A stretch of DNA of 64,000 nt from an uncultured Nitrososphaeraceae archaeon (GTDB lineage Archaea; Thermoproteota; Nitrososphaeria; Nitrososphaerales; Nitrososphaeraceae). Shown here in pieces: positions 32,007-43,734 of this stretch. The notes beneath the pieces were generated by a model. That model was not told the DNA's origin. It searched no databases and was given only the letters and a program-made list of their open reading frames with translations. The position numbers were made by a program, and so were the translations under genes. Location: contig CAWGVG010000036.1 in NCBI GenBank assembly GCA_963825865.1, positions 121,778-185,777 of the forward strand. The letters are read 5' to 3'. Numbering within the stretch: the first letter of the stretch is position 1; each line of letters starts with the position of its first letter.

Positions 32007-33137
32007 TTAATAATCTTTTGTTGGCTTTGTGACAGGTCCAGTTCGTACTTTCGCATCAATATCTGAGAGTAAGTTAATCAAGTCAGACTTATGTGAATAA
32101 AGGTATTCTTGTCCCTTGTCTTTTAATCTTATTTGAAACAATCTGAGATCCCTGTGTTCATCAAAGAATTGCTCTATCATTGCGGTCCCATGCTTGGCAG
32201 GACTGATAAGCTGATCAAAGTCTTCAATGGTGGCATTGAGGTCACCTTTTTCTACAGACTCTTTGGCTCTACCGAGAATCTCGCTGATATCTTTTAATTG
32301 CTGTATAGGTGCATAGATTTCCTTGCTCTTCCCAAGGAGGCCAGAACGTTTTGCGACTCCCACTTTGTCTGCAATTTCCTTAGTAAGTTCATAATATTCT
32401 TCTTTACTGGTGAAGGTTTTCTTTTCTTTCTTTAGAGCTAATCCTTTCATCGACAGTCGCATCATAGCATCTTCAACTTCTTCTCTATCCATACCAGTAA
32501 TCCACACAATTTTGCCTACGTAATCGTACCCTTGTCTTATAGATTCTAGGACAACAACTTCAATAATCCGTCTAAATCCTTCCTCAGCTCTAGCATTTTC
32601 AAAATCTCTATCACGTACTGCCTTTTTGGCATTTGAAATGTCTATTTCTATAGAACGTTTTAGAGCCTCCATACCACCGTCCACCTCGCCAGTCAATGTG
32701 AGATAGCATGCCATGTTATACCAGGACATTCCGTCATTAGGGTTAATATCAATCGCTTTCTCACAGACTTCGATAGCCTTATCATAATTTTTCATTTTAT
32801 AATAAGCTAGACCTTTCAGATTCCATGCTTCTGCATTGTTGACATCGATATCAAGAGCTCTATCATAGGAAGAAATGGAAACTGTATATTCACCTAAGTG
32901 AAAATGAGCATATCCTTTTTTTATCCATGCATCAACATAATTAGGATCGATCCTTATAGCTAGTTCAAAACTGCGAATGGCATCTTCCAATTTCTCATTT
33001 GCCATATGATCAATGCCTTTCTTATACAAGTCATGCTTTTGGAACTCTATGTTGTCACTATAATCCTGTTGCTTCGTATTTTCAGAAGGAGAATTCGAAT
33101 ATTTATCATCATGTTTTCTGCCTAGGAATCTGCCCAT
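32007..33137 (-). CDS. Tetratricopeptide repeat protein
   Basis: Consecutive TPRs (AWIKKG, AWNLKG, SWYNMAC). Confidence 0.9.
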   Translation of the reverse strand: MGRFLGRKHDDKYSNSPSENTKQQDYSDNIEFQKHDLYKKGIDHMANEKLEDAIRSFELAIRIDPNYVDAWIKKGYAHFHLGEYTVSISSYDRALDIDVNNAEAWNLKGLAYYKMKNYDKAIEVCEKAIDINPNDGMSWYNMACYLTLTGEVDGGMEALKRSIEIDISNAKKAVRDRDFENARAEEGFRRIIEVVVLESIRQGYDYVGKIVWITGMDREEVEDAMMRLSMKGLALKKEKKTFTSKEEYYELTKEIADKVGVAKRSGLLGKSKEIYAPIQQLKDISEILGRAKESVEKGDLNATIEDFDQLISPAKHGTAMIEQFFDEHRDLRLFQIRLKDKGQEYLYSHKSDLINLLSDIDAKVRTGPVTKPTKDY

Positions 33138-33397
33138 AAATTAAATTGTTGTATTCGCAGATAAATAGATTTTGGACAAGTATTATTACATGCTCCTAGG
33201 CAATAAAATGAGCCTCTTCTTGTACAACTGTACATGATCTATGGTAACAGTATTTTCTTAGCAATACTCGCCAATCTGTCTTGTCTTAATTGGGCTTCTC
33301 GACTCAGCGTGCTTCTCCGTCTGTGGTGTTATAATCTACGCTATTTGCAAATAACACATCTCTTTTATTGGATCATCGTATGGATCATCATGATAAT

Positions 33398-34404
33398 TCA
33401 ACATATATCATAAATAAAAAATGAACTCAGTTTCAGTATATCTTTATTTTGCAAGAAATAACAATCTTTTACTCCCTGTATTATGGCTTGTTTAACTATG
33501 TATAATTGTAAGAAGAAGATCGATTTTAATAGCATTTCTGTCAATGACAATTTATTACCACCACTGCTACTACAATTTGTATAAAAACATGAAGAAAAAT
33601 CCAATTCTTCTAACCTGTCATTTAATGTCTTGCTGTTGCTATTGCTGTTGTTGATTCTTTTGACATATTCTTTGTTTCCAAGTATCATTATTTTATCATT
33701 CCTTTTGATACTGAATATTGGAGAATGACAAAATTCTTCAAGTGGATAAGCAAAAGACTTTGAACCAAAAACTTCATTTATCTTTAACGCACCATAGATA
33801 CCAACGGGAAATAATATTCCATCTCCTAGAAATATGTAAGAGGATAAGTTTTCTAATATGTTGTCGTCATCCTTATCATCATAAACATCTATTAAACTCT
33901 CAACCTCCTTCTTTGTTTCTCTGTAAATCATTTTCAGATTATCAAAATCGTTTACTTCACTTACTAAAGAAAGACAGCTTAGCATACTAGAAGTAAAACT
34001 AATAGTGCCAGAGGTCGGAATCCCTGTAGTTTTATACTGAACCTCCATTATTTCATCACAGTTTTTCGCAAGTTTACTTTCTGGATTCGCAGTAATCGCA
34101 GTCGTCCGAACATTCTGTTCCTTTGCAATTTTTGCCGAGTATGTTTGCCTTAGTGTTACCTGAAATGGACACTATGTATATTCTACGGTTCTCTACTATT
34201 TCTGGATTGAGAACAATATCCATTGGATTGCAACAGATTACTTTATGATTCGAAGCATACTGTGCAATTAATGCTGCCAACATAAGAATCGCCAGAACCC
34301 ACAAACATACAATCGCTTAAATTAGTTTGTTTAGGTAAATTTGATTTTGATAAATTCTCTACCTGATATCTGATCTCAGTTTCCATCGCATCGATAGAGT
34401 TCAT
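33398..34404 (-). CDS. SIS-domain sugar isomerase-like protein (frameshifted)
   Basis: MNSIDAMETEI…GSGDSY, VSISGNTKANI, GTISFT, ALKINE, EEFCHSP. Confidence 0.8.
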
Positions 34405-34556
34405 GATTTATTTTATTGTTGTTAACTCGTATATACAAATATTAGGTTACTGGCCATCGGTTACTAATGATAAATGATAATATCCTGAAAAAATTGGATG
34501 CGTGTTCCAATCACGAATTTTTCCCATCTTTCTGTCTAACTCATACGAACTATACT

Positions 34557-35126
34557 TTAACTGATTGCTCTAACTGGTATAAGAAAATATGAACTGATGG
34601 ATATTCCAATAAGGACTAGATTTGTAGCCAAGTGCAAAGTATATGCGTGGTTGATACCATATTTGTTGAATATACTGCGATAAAAAAAACCAAGAGGAAG
34701 CAATACTAGTGCAACATAAACCGCAACACCCATTGCTACATGCATCAATGCCCAGATAATAACACGCTTGACATTTTTCCTAAAGTAAAATTCTTCAAAG
34801 TAGTTGACGTGAATTAGCATATATATCAACATAGGTATAAACGGCAAAATGCCAAAAACCCCTTGATTACCGAATGGGCCAAGGGCAATATTATATCCAA
34901 GCCAAGATAAATTTAAGATAGGAATTTGAGACAAGTAGTCCTTCCCAAATATGACATAGATCATCAGCATACCTACTGTTAACGGCAAAAAGAAAAGCCC
35001 TTTTATTCCGCTTTTTAGATTCGAAAGTCTTGTCTTTGTTTCCTTGGCTAATAGCAAAGAAGGTCCTGCCATACAAAGGTAAAATATTATTAAATAAATA
35101 TCTTCCAAACAAATGATATTTAACAT
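34557..35126 (-). CDS. Membrane protein, CPBP/Abi-like
   Basis: Multiple transmembrane segments; FEEFYFR, WALMH, HLATN. Confidence 0.65.
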   Translation of the reverse strand: MLNIICLEDIYLIIFYLCMAGPSLLLAKETKTRLSNLKSGIKGLFFLPLTVGMLMIYVIFGKDYLSQIPILNLSWLGYNIALGPFGNQGVFGILPFIPMLIYMLIHVNYFEEFYFRKNVKRVIIWALMHVAMGVAVYVALVLLPLGFFYRSIFNKYGINHAYTLHLATNLVLIGISISSYFLIPVRAIS

Positions 35127-35637
35127 ATGTTATCTATATGTCTTGATTTTTTTAGACAAAAATGATTATTTACTAGGTCTATCTAATATATACATACCAA
35201 AAGTGACGAATCACTACAAGGTATTAGAAGTTACTAACACTGCTTCAGAAGCAGAAATTAAAAGGTCTTTTCGTAATTTAGCGTTAAAATATCATCCGGA
35301 TAGAAATAAAAACTCCGAAGAATCAAAGCAAAAATTTATGCAGATTGTTGAAGCTTATGAGGTCCTTTCTGACGAGCACTCAAGGAAAAACTATGATAGC
35401 AACATATACTACCATGGATTGTATAATTACGCTCCAAGAGGACATAGATGGACACCTTCTGCAGACTTTGACCGGATTTATAGCTATGCAGAGATCAAGA
35501 GGAGATATAGGCAGAGCACGATTACTGGTGGTATGTGGGATATTAGTGAAACTGCAAATGCAGGTATGTGGAAAGCCACAGTGATTTTATTTGGCTGTCT
35601 GGCAGCCATTGTTATGTTCATAATGCTGATTCATTAG
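35113..35637 (+). CDS. J-domain protein with a C-terminal transmembrane helix (start likely GTG ~35203)
   Basis: HYKVLEV…YHPDRN…AYEVLSD. Confidence 0.9.
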   Translation: MIFNICYLYVLIFLDKNDYLLGLSNIYIPKVTNHYKVLEVTNTASEAEIKRSFRNLALKYHPDRNKNSEESKQKFMQIVEAYEVLSDEHSRKNYDSNIYYHGLYNYAPRGHRWTPSADFDRIYSYAEIKRRYRQSTITGGMWDISETANAGMWKATVILFGCLAAIVMFIMLIH

Positions 35638-35852
35638 TGTCTTTTTCGGGTTCTTTTGCGTTCTTCATAATTTCTCATACTTTTATCGTATGTGATGTAT
35701 TTGTAACTAAAGAAGACGGCTAAACTTAAATTTGGTAACGAAAATATCAGAAAAGCATATGATGCTAAGAATGCAGAGAGAACAATTCCTAGGATTCCAA
35801 CAGTTAAAGATATTATCAAAAGAAGTCTAATTTGGTTCTTTTTAGCTGCCAA
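35634..35852 (-). CDS. Small two-TM membrane protein
   Basis: Two hydrophobic segments and a basic tail. Confidence 0.6.
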   Translation of the reverse strand: MAAKKNQIRLLLIISLTVGILGIVLSAFLASYAFLIFSLPNLSLAVFFSYKYITYDKSMRNYEERKRTRKRH

Positions 35853-36002
35853 CTATCGGATATAGCATATTTTACACTATAAAAGAGATCGGAAATTTCG
35901 TCAAATCTGTATATATATGTCGACCTTTTCGCTATTCTCATAATGAACTAACTATCTCAAAAAGGTTAAAATGGGATTGAAATTAACAGCATTCGAAACA
36001 GA

Positions 36003-36300
36003 TTGCGAGTAGTTGCCATCGGAAGTCGTGTATTTGTGACTAGTTTTCAGCTTGCTGGGGTTCAAGGAATTAAAGTTGATTCTCCTACACAGGCACTTTC
36101 AGAAATTAATAAGATCGGTGGCACTAGTGATGTCGGTTTGATACTCTTAAGCGACGATATAGGAAAACAAATTCGCTATAATCTTACAGAGATAAGGGCT
36201 AAGAAACCAATTCCATTAATTTTTGAACTTCCTTCTCCCGGAAGTACAAAAAGAAAAAGTGGATTATAGATCTCTGTTGAAGCAAATTCTAGGTGTTTAA
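36003..36300 (+). CDS. atpF: A/V-type ATP synthase subunit F (frameshift near the 3' end)
   Basis: VVAIGSRVFVTSFQLAGV…PLIFELP; the corrected end reads VDYRSLLKQILGV*. Confidence 0.88.
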
Positions 36301-36545
36301 AAGATCTTCGTGTTTTTACCTCGACCTCTATACTCTTGTATTCACTTATCAGGACTTCGAAGCCCCGACTGCATGATATCTATCTATATATATATCACAA
36401 ATCGTGCGATATGATTCTTTTTTCTATAAAAGATAACTCTTAACTGAGCGAGGAACAAACTTAAACGATGGAAAGAAATCACATGGTCAGAAAAATATAA
36501 TGCATATTATGTAGTCTAAAATGTAAGTTTTATATTATATCAATT

Positions 36546-36824
36546 ATGACTTTAATTATGTTATTGCCAGGATACTGCTCGCTCAGGATAAATGGTGATA
36601 TTTGCCAACTTCCGCCATCATATATTGTTTCGGTAAATTCTCAAAGTGAAGAATATATGATAGCTGTTGTATGCGACAGTCACATGAAGAAAATGGAAAA
36701 TCGGCTTCATGTGATGCAATTGGAAGGCAGTATTCCAGAAGGCAATATAAAATTTCAGCCTTTAAAAATGGTTACAACCAATTGCATTAAGGGCATAGAT
36801 GAAGATTATATTGAAATTGAGTGA
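36546..36824 (+). CDS. Hypothetical Cys-containing protein
   Basis: ORF with C…CQLPPSY…VCDSH pattern. Confidence 0.6.
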   Translation: MTLIMLLPGYCSLRINGDICQLPPSYIVSVNSQSEEYMIAVVCDSHMKKMENRLHVMQLEGSIPEGNIKFQPLKMVTTNCIKGIDEDYIEIE

Positions 36825-37081
36825 AGGCGACATATGGACTCTAAAAAGAACCTTCGAATTTGAAATCTAACTATCCCATGTTACGAATTTCAAATACTAA
36901 AATTGATAGATTACTTTCTTTGACATCTTAAAATTCGCAGTTAGTCTTAAAGTAAAAACGAACAATCTTAACATCGCTTCTAATGCTCCATTTATCTTTT
37001 GGAATTTCAATTATATATGTGTGGGATACGACAGTAACATTATTTCTCTACTTTGGCTTTTACACAAACCTACTTTATTGA

Positions 37082-38079
37082 TCAGTTTTTCTTCTTCTTT
37101 ACATCTGAATTTACAATAAATAGTGGATCCTTGCCCTTTAAAATATTGAGCAAATTTTGGACTGCAACCTCTGACATTTTGGAACGGGTTTGATATGTTG
37201 CACTACCTATATGTGGTAATACTATCACATTCTTCATTTTTAACAATGGATTAGAGTTAGATAATGGTTCCTTTTCATATACATCCAAACCTGCACCTGC
37301 GATCCAGTTGTTTTTTAGTGCTTTAATTAAATCAGGCTCATTGATAATTTGGCCTCTTGCAGTGTTAATTATACAAGCTGTTTTCTTCATTTTTCTAAAT
37401 TTTGGTTCGTCAAGCAAATGAAAGCTGTCATTGTTTAGAGTAGTATGTATAGAAAGAAAATCACTCTGTTCTAGAATGTAGTTGAAATCAACGTACTCTG
37501 CCTTGAGTTCAGACTCTATTTGACTATTTCTAGTAGATCTATTATGATAAATAATTTTCATGTTAAATCCCTTTGCTCGTCGAGCAACTGCTGTGCCGAT
37601 TCTTCCCAATCCGATAATGCCTAATGTCATGCCATACACTTCCGTGCCTAATAAAAGGTTAGGCATCCATCCTACTTTCCACTGCTTTCTTTTGGTAAAT
37701 TCATTAGCTTCAATGATTTTTCGTGCTAAGGCCAGAATTAATGCAAATGTCAGATCGGCAGTCGCTTCTGCAAGTATGTTCGATGTAAAGGTGACATGAA
37801 TCCCTCTTTTTGTTGCCTCATCAACGTCAATATGATCAACTCCTGTACTGTAAGAGCTGATCACCTTAAGTTTGGGTCCTGCCGAGCCATAACTTCTGCA
37901 TCGATTTTATCTGATAGCATACACAGTATTCCATCCTTATTTCGAATATTCTTGAGAATCTCCTTTCTAGTAGGAGGTCTATCTTTATTATTTAAAACCA
38001 CATTACATTCTTTCAATAACATTGAAAGCGCGGGCTCCAAAATCTTTCTAGTCACATAAACTTTTTTTCGCATAGCCAC
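37082..38079 (-). CDS. D-glycerate dehydrogenase / glyoxylate reductase (frameshifted)
   Basis: GIIGLGRIG, INTARG, LDVYEKEP, PHIGSA. Confidence 0.92.
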
Positions 38080-38195
38080 ACTAATCTGTTTTATATTTCA
38101 CTGCTATGAATTTTTACTACCACACAACTTTAAGTAAATAATCTCTCCTTAGCATATTCCACTACCCTAGGCAATTCGCAGGAACATCTATAATA

Positions 38196-38520
38196 TTGTA
38201 TAAAAAACAAATGTATATGTCATCATCGGTAAATGAACTGCCTATACCCTCAGAAGAAAGCAGTAGAATTTTATTTCTTAAAAAAACTATTTTAAACTTT
38301 GATCATCTTATTTTTGATGATATTTTAGGTTACAATGATATTACAAAATTATTTAACATATCGTTATCATCTGAAAAGCCTGTCCATATATTGGTAGTTG
38401 GATCTCCTGCATCTGCAATAATATCGTTCATGTTAGAATGTATAAAACTGGAACATTTTTATTTTATGCTCTGTAGCGATAGTCCAACAGTGGAAGTATG
38501 TTTAAATGCATTTAAACAGC
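38196..38520 (+). pseudogene. Degenerate AAA+ ATPase N-terminal fragment
   Basis: FDDILGYNDITKLF…PVHILVVGSPASA with the Walker A lysine lost; the sequence then decays. Confidence 0.5.
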
Positions 38521-38643
38521 TTTTATACGATTATTCAAATTCTTGCTTAATGTTATTATTCTCTACTGTATTATTATTATTATTATACTCCACACAAGCG
38601 TATCATTTAATGACGTTTAAAGTATCTTTCTTGATTATAGATA

Positions 38644-39271
38644 ATGGATCCACTGGATAAAGCAATTCTGGCATCGTTATATATAAGTAGTTTAGAGCCA
38701 GAGATCTCAGCCATCGATAGAATTACTTCTAGAATGCCGATAGCACGAGAAATTTATAAATCCAAAATTCAACAACTCGTAGAGCACGGCCTTGTAGAAA
38801 AAAACGATCACTCTATTCTCACTTTTATCGGAAGAGATGCATTAAAGGTAGTTTTAGTAGGTGGAGTTTTTGATCTAATACATCCAGGCCATATTCATAC
38901 CCTCAAGGCGAGCAAAAGCACAAGGCGATGTACTGGTAGTTGTAGTTGCAAAGACATCTACCGCAATTAAGCTCAAGAAAGATCGAAAAATCTATCATGA
39001 TGAGAATTTGCGCCTAGAACTTGTATCATCTTTGAGTTTTGTTGATTTAGGTGTAATAGGAAAAGAAGGCACATTATACGATACTGTCGAATATGTAAAA
39101 CCTGATATTATTGCACTAGGCTACGATCAAGCTCATAGTGAAAAGGACATTTCAGAGAATTGCCACAAGAGAAACCTACGTGTGAGAGTTACAAGGTTAA
39201 ATACTCCGATTCCGGGAACAAAAAGTTCTCATATAAAGAACGAGCTAGGTGACTCCTTTTATGGTATTTGA
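38644..39271 (+). CDS. ribL: FAD synthetase (cytidylyltransferase family) with an N-terminal extension, frameshifted
   Basis: GGVFDLIHPGHI, KPDIIALGYDQ, KSS.IK. Confidence 0.85.
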
Positions 39272-39979
39272 GGGGATTTCCTTTGAACGTTGCTATTGAT
39301 GTGTACTTTTAAGTTGATTTTGTCACCATTATGAATTCCAGCAGAATCCTTGAGCGATACCGGTGCAATAACTTCCAACATGCTTTCGTCATAGTGAGTT
39401 CTTTCTAGTATAAGTTACCGCTGCGTTATTGATTGCACCATTATTGATATTGGCAATATAACATTTCACCCAACCATAAGTTCGTGTACTGTCGCTAAAA
39501 CCATCAATAAAGACTGAATTATATTTGTCTATTTCACGTTTAGCATTCATAAATATCTGATCTACAAGTTTTACATTTAGCGTACCTGGATATGGTTCGA
39601 AGCCCAATCTCTCCTTGAACTGTTTACGATATCCATCTAAAGACATATAATAAGCGCCTTCGCCCATGCCAGAAACTACTATTCCTTCGAAGTCAATTGT
39701 AAAGGGAGCAGATTCCATTGCAGCTTTTAGTATCGAGAATAGACTTTCAACTTCTGAGTATCCTCTGCCTGTTATTTTTATCCTAAATTTCTGACCTTTT
39801 TTAAGACGTTCAATAAAACCTGCAGTTTCCAAATCTAGAAGATGTCTAGAAGCCGCTTGCTGTGATCTCTTTATGTCTTTTCCTAGATCGGTTGTGGTTA
39901 CTTCTATAAAGTTATGTTGGGCTCCTCGTAGGAGGAGCTCGGTCATAGTAACTATATGCTGTAACTTGATTTCTGACAT
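39259..39979 (-). CDS. ribK: HTH-fused CTP-dependent riboflavin kinase (frameshifted)
   Basis: SQQAASRHL; GIVVSGMGEGAYY, PYPGTLNV. Confidence 0.92.
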
Positions 39980-39984
39980 TCTAC

Positions 39985-41236
39985 TTAGTTGTTGATTCCC
40001 ATATCACCAAATGTTCTAACCCTGACATCAGTGGATTTTTTCAGTTCACCTGTTCTATGGCCCACTATATACTCAATTCCAACTTTGTCTGCTGCCCTCA
40101 ACTAATCTCTGAGTAACAATGCCGTCAAGTACGAGCATCTTGGCTCCTTCTGTGCTATTAAGCTTCTTAACTATGTCTGACACCGGGACTTTAAGTAATG
40201 TTTTCATTGAACTATCAAGTACAACTGCTTCAAGAGTCTCATTGATTTGTGGATAAACCTCTTTGACAGCTAAAAGAATACCTGTATCCTCTTCTTTTAT
40301 ATTACTATTACTTTGAGAGGTTATCTGTAGTTGTTGCTCTTCAATTTGTTGTTGTCTCTCTTGCTTCTGTAGTTGTATGCTCCCAGCTTGTTGTAATGAT
40401 TGTGTTCGTTGTTGGCCATTAGCAGTAACAAATGGCATTGTTTCTTTCAAAATTTCAGCGATTTCAAGAGGAGTGCATTCCTCTACTTCTCTACCCATAG
40501 GTGCCCTTAATATTTTGTCTATCTTTACTAGTCCTTGTAATTCTTTTAGAATTAAATCGCCTGCTCTGTCGCCATCTAGAAATGCAATCACTTTCTTACC
40601 TTCAGTAAGTTTGGTAATGGTCTCGTCAATTTTTGCACCTTCTATGGCAATGGCATTGTCAAAACCTGCACGCAACAGATTAATAACATCTGCTCGACCT
40701 TCTACAAGGATTACCCAGTCAGAATCAAATACTCCAGTACCACATGCAAGTTGGGCTTTGCCAAATGCAGTAAGTTTACCCGGTTTGCTCGCGTCATAAA
40801 CATCTTTGAGCATTTCTTCCCCTTCACTGATAGTTTTCGTCGCCCATTCCTGTACAATCTTCTTTGCACGATCTACAATTACCTTTTTCTTTATTGCTCT
40901 AATATCATCAATTCCAAGCAGTCCAAACTTAGCTTGGAACGGTCCTACTTTATCAATACTTTCAATAGCTCCTGCAATTAGTGCAGCTGTTGAAATGTCT
41001 GTGCTCATCGGAATTAGAGCATCTCCCTTTGCCATGTTTGACTTCGTGTCAACGTTGACCTCGATTCTGCCTACTTTAGAGACTTTCTGTAACTCATTCA
41101 GATTCATTTCAGGTCCCAGAAGGCCTTCCGTCTGCCCAAAAATTGCACCAATGATATCTGCTTTTTCAACCAAGCCATCAACCTCGAATTTTAGTTTAAC
41201 ATGATACTTGACAATACCTGTGTTAGGCAATTTCAT
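39985..41236 (-). CDS. dnaG: Archaeal DnaG-like primase / exosome-associated protein (frameshift near the 3' end)
   Basis: GAIFGQTEGLLG, VEGRADV, FLDGDRAG, DGIVTQRL. Confidence 0.95.
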
Positions 41237-41357
41237 AACCTCATATTACTATTAAGTAAAATTAAGGTGCTCTGGCTTGAATATAAGTGCTTTGACATCT
41301 ACAAATTTTACAAATACATCCTCCAATTATCTCTATCTTTTTTCTAACTCTAAATAG

Positions 41358-41795
41358 TTATATATAAAAATAAAGATCCTTCCTCGTACCAGTGATTCCA
41401 GATAAATGTGGTGCATATGTTACAAGGTCCTCAACGTGTCTGACCTTTCCATTTGTAATTTTTGCTAACGTTTTTTTGTAAAATAGGCTGACATCATTTC
41501 CCTTATGGTGTAGTTGGGTTATAAGTTTGCTTGTTAGGTATTTTCCTGTTCTATCCATGTCTAAGAGTAAAATTACTTTCTTTCTGATATGACAGTGATT
41601 ATCGACAAAATCTGTAATTCCTTTGAAATGATTCAATATGGTAAGATTTCCATTAAATCCTAAACGAGTAAGAGCTTCAACATCTCTTTTTCCTTCTACA
41701 ACTATGACCGAGCCATTCTCTGATTCCTCATTAAGCCTTTCGATAAATTCACGCAGACGGTCAACGGTTGTATTATCTATGGATCGGTATCCCAT
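41358..41795 (-). CDS. Toprim-domain protein
   Basis: VVEGKRDVEAL…LLDMDRTG. Confidence 0.88.
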   Translation of the reverse strand: MGYRSIDNTTVDRLREFIERLNEESENGSVIVVEGKRDVEALTRLGFNGNLTILNHFKGITDFVDNHCHIRKKVILLLDMDRTGKYLTSKLITQLHHKGNDVSLFYKKTLAKITNGKVRHVEDLVTYAPHLSGITGTRKDLYFYI

Positions 41796-42200
41796 TGGCT
41801 AGACAGTATATATTAGTTGTAACAAGATTTAACGATTTTCAATTACGTTTTGCATTTATTTACAAGAGCAAAACGATAACAACCTTGTTTTCTGGCCCAC
41901 AAAACCATTATGTTCTTAGATATTTGAGCAATTTATATCGTGCTAGTATGGTATCTTGTATCAAGTAGACTGAGGAATTAAATAGTTATTCTTTCGATGA
42001 CTTCATTTGAATTCACAATTCACGCACACGTATATATTTATATTCAACAGAGCTTAACTGCTTCTTGGGAATGGATAAGTTAACTGTAATAATAAAAGAT
42101 GTTAATAATAATAATATTAACAGCTATTTTATACCTCGAAACTAATACAGAACCTTTAATTAAAGGAGGTTGCACGATGTTTTGAGGCAGAGTAAGAAGT

Positions 42201-43229
42201 TTGGCTGATCTACGAAAAGACTATGTTCTTGATAAATTTGTAATAGTACCGAGAATAGCTGAAGCAGACCAAGATGAAAAATATTCTGATGAAAAGTGTC
42301 CGTATTGTCCCGGTAATGAATCAATGACAGAACCTGCGTTGCTTGCTTTGGTGGCAAAAGATGGTATGCTTCAACGCTTATCTGATAGTGAAGAAAATGT
42401 TATAGAGGATTGGTGTGTTCGGGTATTTCAAAGCGACCATCCTACCGTGACTACCGTTTCTACAACTATATATACAGACAAACCTTTATACAGCGAGCCA
42501 GCGTACGGCTATCACCAAGTTGTTGTTGCTTCGCCTGACCATAATCAAAAATTATCACAAATTTCTGTAGACCAATGGGCAAATGTGCTACTAGTTATCC
42601 AAGATCGGATGAGATGGCTTTATACGCAGAAAAGTGTAACCTATGTTTCTATTTATATCAATAGCGGTCAAACAGCAGGGACATCCATTACTCATCCTCA
42701 TTTAAACATTGTAACATTTTCAGCCATTCCACCAACAATAGAACTGGAAGCGGAAGCGTCGCATAGATACATGAATGAGAACGGAAACTGCCCTGCATGC
42801 AGTGTAATCGGCCTTGAATCTAGTGGACCGAGACAAATTTTAGGTACAGATAGTTTCCTTGCATTCTCTCCTTGGGCGCCTACATATGCACATGAATTCT
42901 GGATTTATCCAAAACGACATACTACTGCATTCTCAAGGATAACTCAAAAGGAAATCGGCGATCTAGCTTTAATGCTACGCGCAACACTTGGAGGTATGTC
43001 AAAGGCACTTAATGAAGCATCATTTAATTTAGTTTTTCATTTATCGCCAGAAAAAAAGAACAGCCGCCAAATTCACTGGCACATAGAGATTTATCCACAA
43101 CTAAATACGTGGTCAGGCCTAGAACGTGGTTTTGGAGTTTATCTTAACAACATCAGACCAGAAAAATCTGCCGAAATCTTAGGTTCGGCATGTAGAAAAG
43201 AGCTAGCAAGTCTTGTTGGTATTACTTAA
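42201..43229 (+). CDS. galT: Galactose-1-phosphate uridylyltransferase family protein
   Basis: LRKDY, CPYCPGNE, AGTSITHPH, HWHIEIYP, GLERG. Confidence 0.9.
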   Translation: MADLRKDYVLDKFVIVPRIAEADQDEKYSDEKCPYCPGNESMTEPALLALVAKDGMLQRLSDSEENVIEDWCVRVFQSDHPTVTTVSTTIYTDKPLYSEPAYGYHQVVVASPDHNQKLSQISVDQWANVLLVIQDRMRWLYTQKSVTYVSIYINSGQTAGTSITHPHLNIVTFSAIPPTIELEAEASHRYMNENGNCPACSVIGLESSGPRQILGTDSFLAFSPWAPTYAHEFWIYPKRHTTAFSRITQKEIGDLALMLRATLGGMSKALNEASFNLVFHLSPEKKNSRQIHWHIEIYPQLNTWSGLERGFGVYLNNIRPEKSAEILGSACRKELASLVGIT

Positions 43230-43284
43230 AAAATACCACATGATTTATTTGGTAACAGTAAAGAAATAAGGTTGTTGTTGTTTT

Positions 43285-43728
43285 ATGATAAATCTTGAGA
43301 CGTGGATATCACTCGGATCTCTTCTTATGGCAATTATGTTCATAGCGTTGATAATATCCTTTTATTCTTTTCTGGTGGGTCCAGATGGAAAGGGCCCTGG
43401 TATATATGTTGATCCACAAGGAGTATTAATTCAAATTATTTCTATTTCTGGTGTTCCGAGTTTAATACTCGCGGGTACAGTATTTGGATTTCAAAAAAAG
43501 TATGAAACAATGCACGCTGCGCTAATATTGATTGCAGTAGGTATTATACTGATTGTTGGTATGTTCATTGCTATGACGATATTGCCAAAAATCAATGCAA
43601 CTTACATAATTGCAGGAATGGATCTAATTCTATATATTTTCGTTATCGGGGGCATAGGTGTAGCATGCTTTGGATGTTACTTACTTAACAAATCAAAAAT
43701 AAAGACCATGCCAAAATATGGAAGATGA
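43285..43728 (+). CDS. Four-TM membrane protein
   Basis: Four hydrophobic segments. Confidence 0.75.
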   Translation: MINLETWISLGSLLMAIMFIALIISFYSFLVGPDGKGPGIYVDPQGVLIQIISISGVPSLILAGTVFGFQKKYETMHAALILIAVGIILIVGMFIAMTILPKINATYIIAGMDLILYIFVIGGIGVACFGCYLLNKSKIKTMPKYGR

Positions 43729-43734
43729 AATACA

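Noticed and set aside
18653-36300. Stand-alone rps11 and ATP synthase F genes outside their usual operons
   Set aside because: To my knowledge this dispersed arrangement is normal in Thaumarchaeota.
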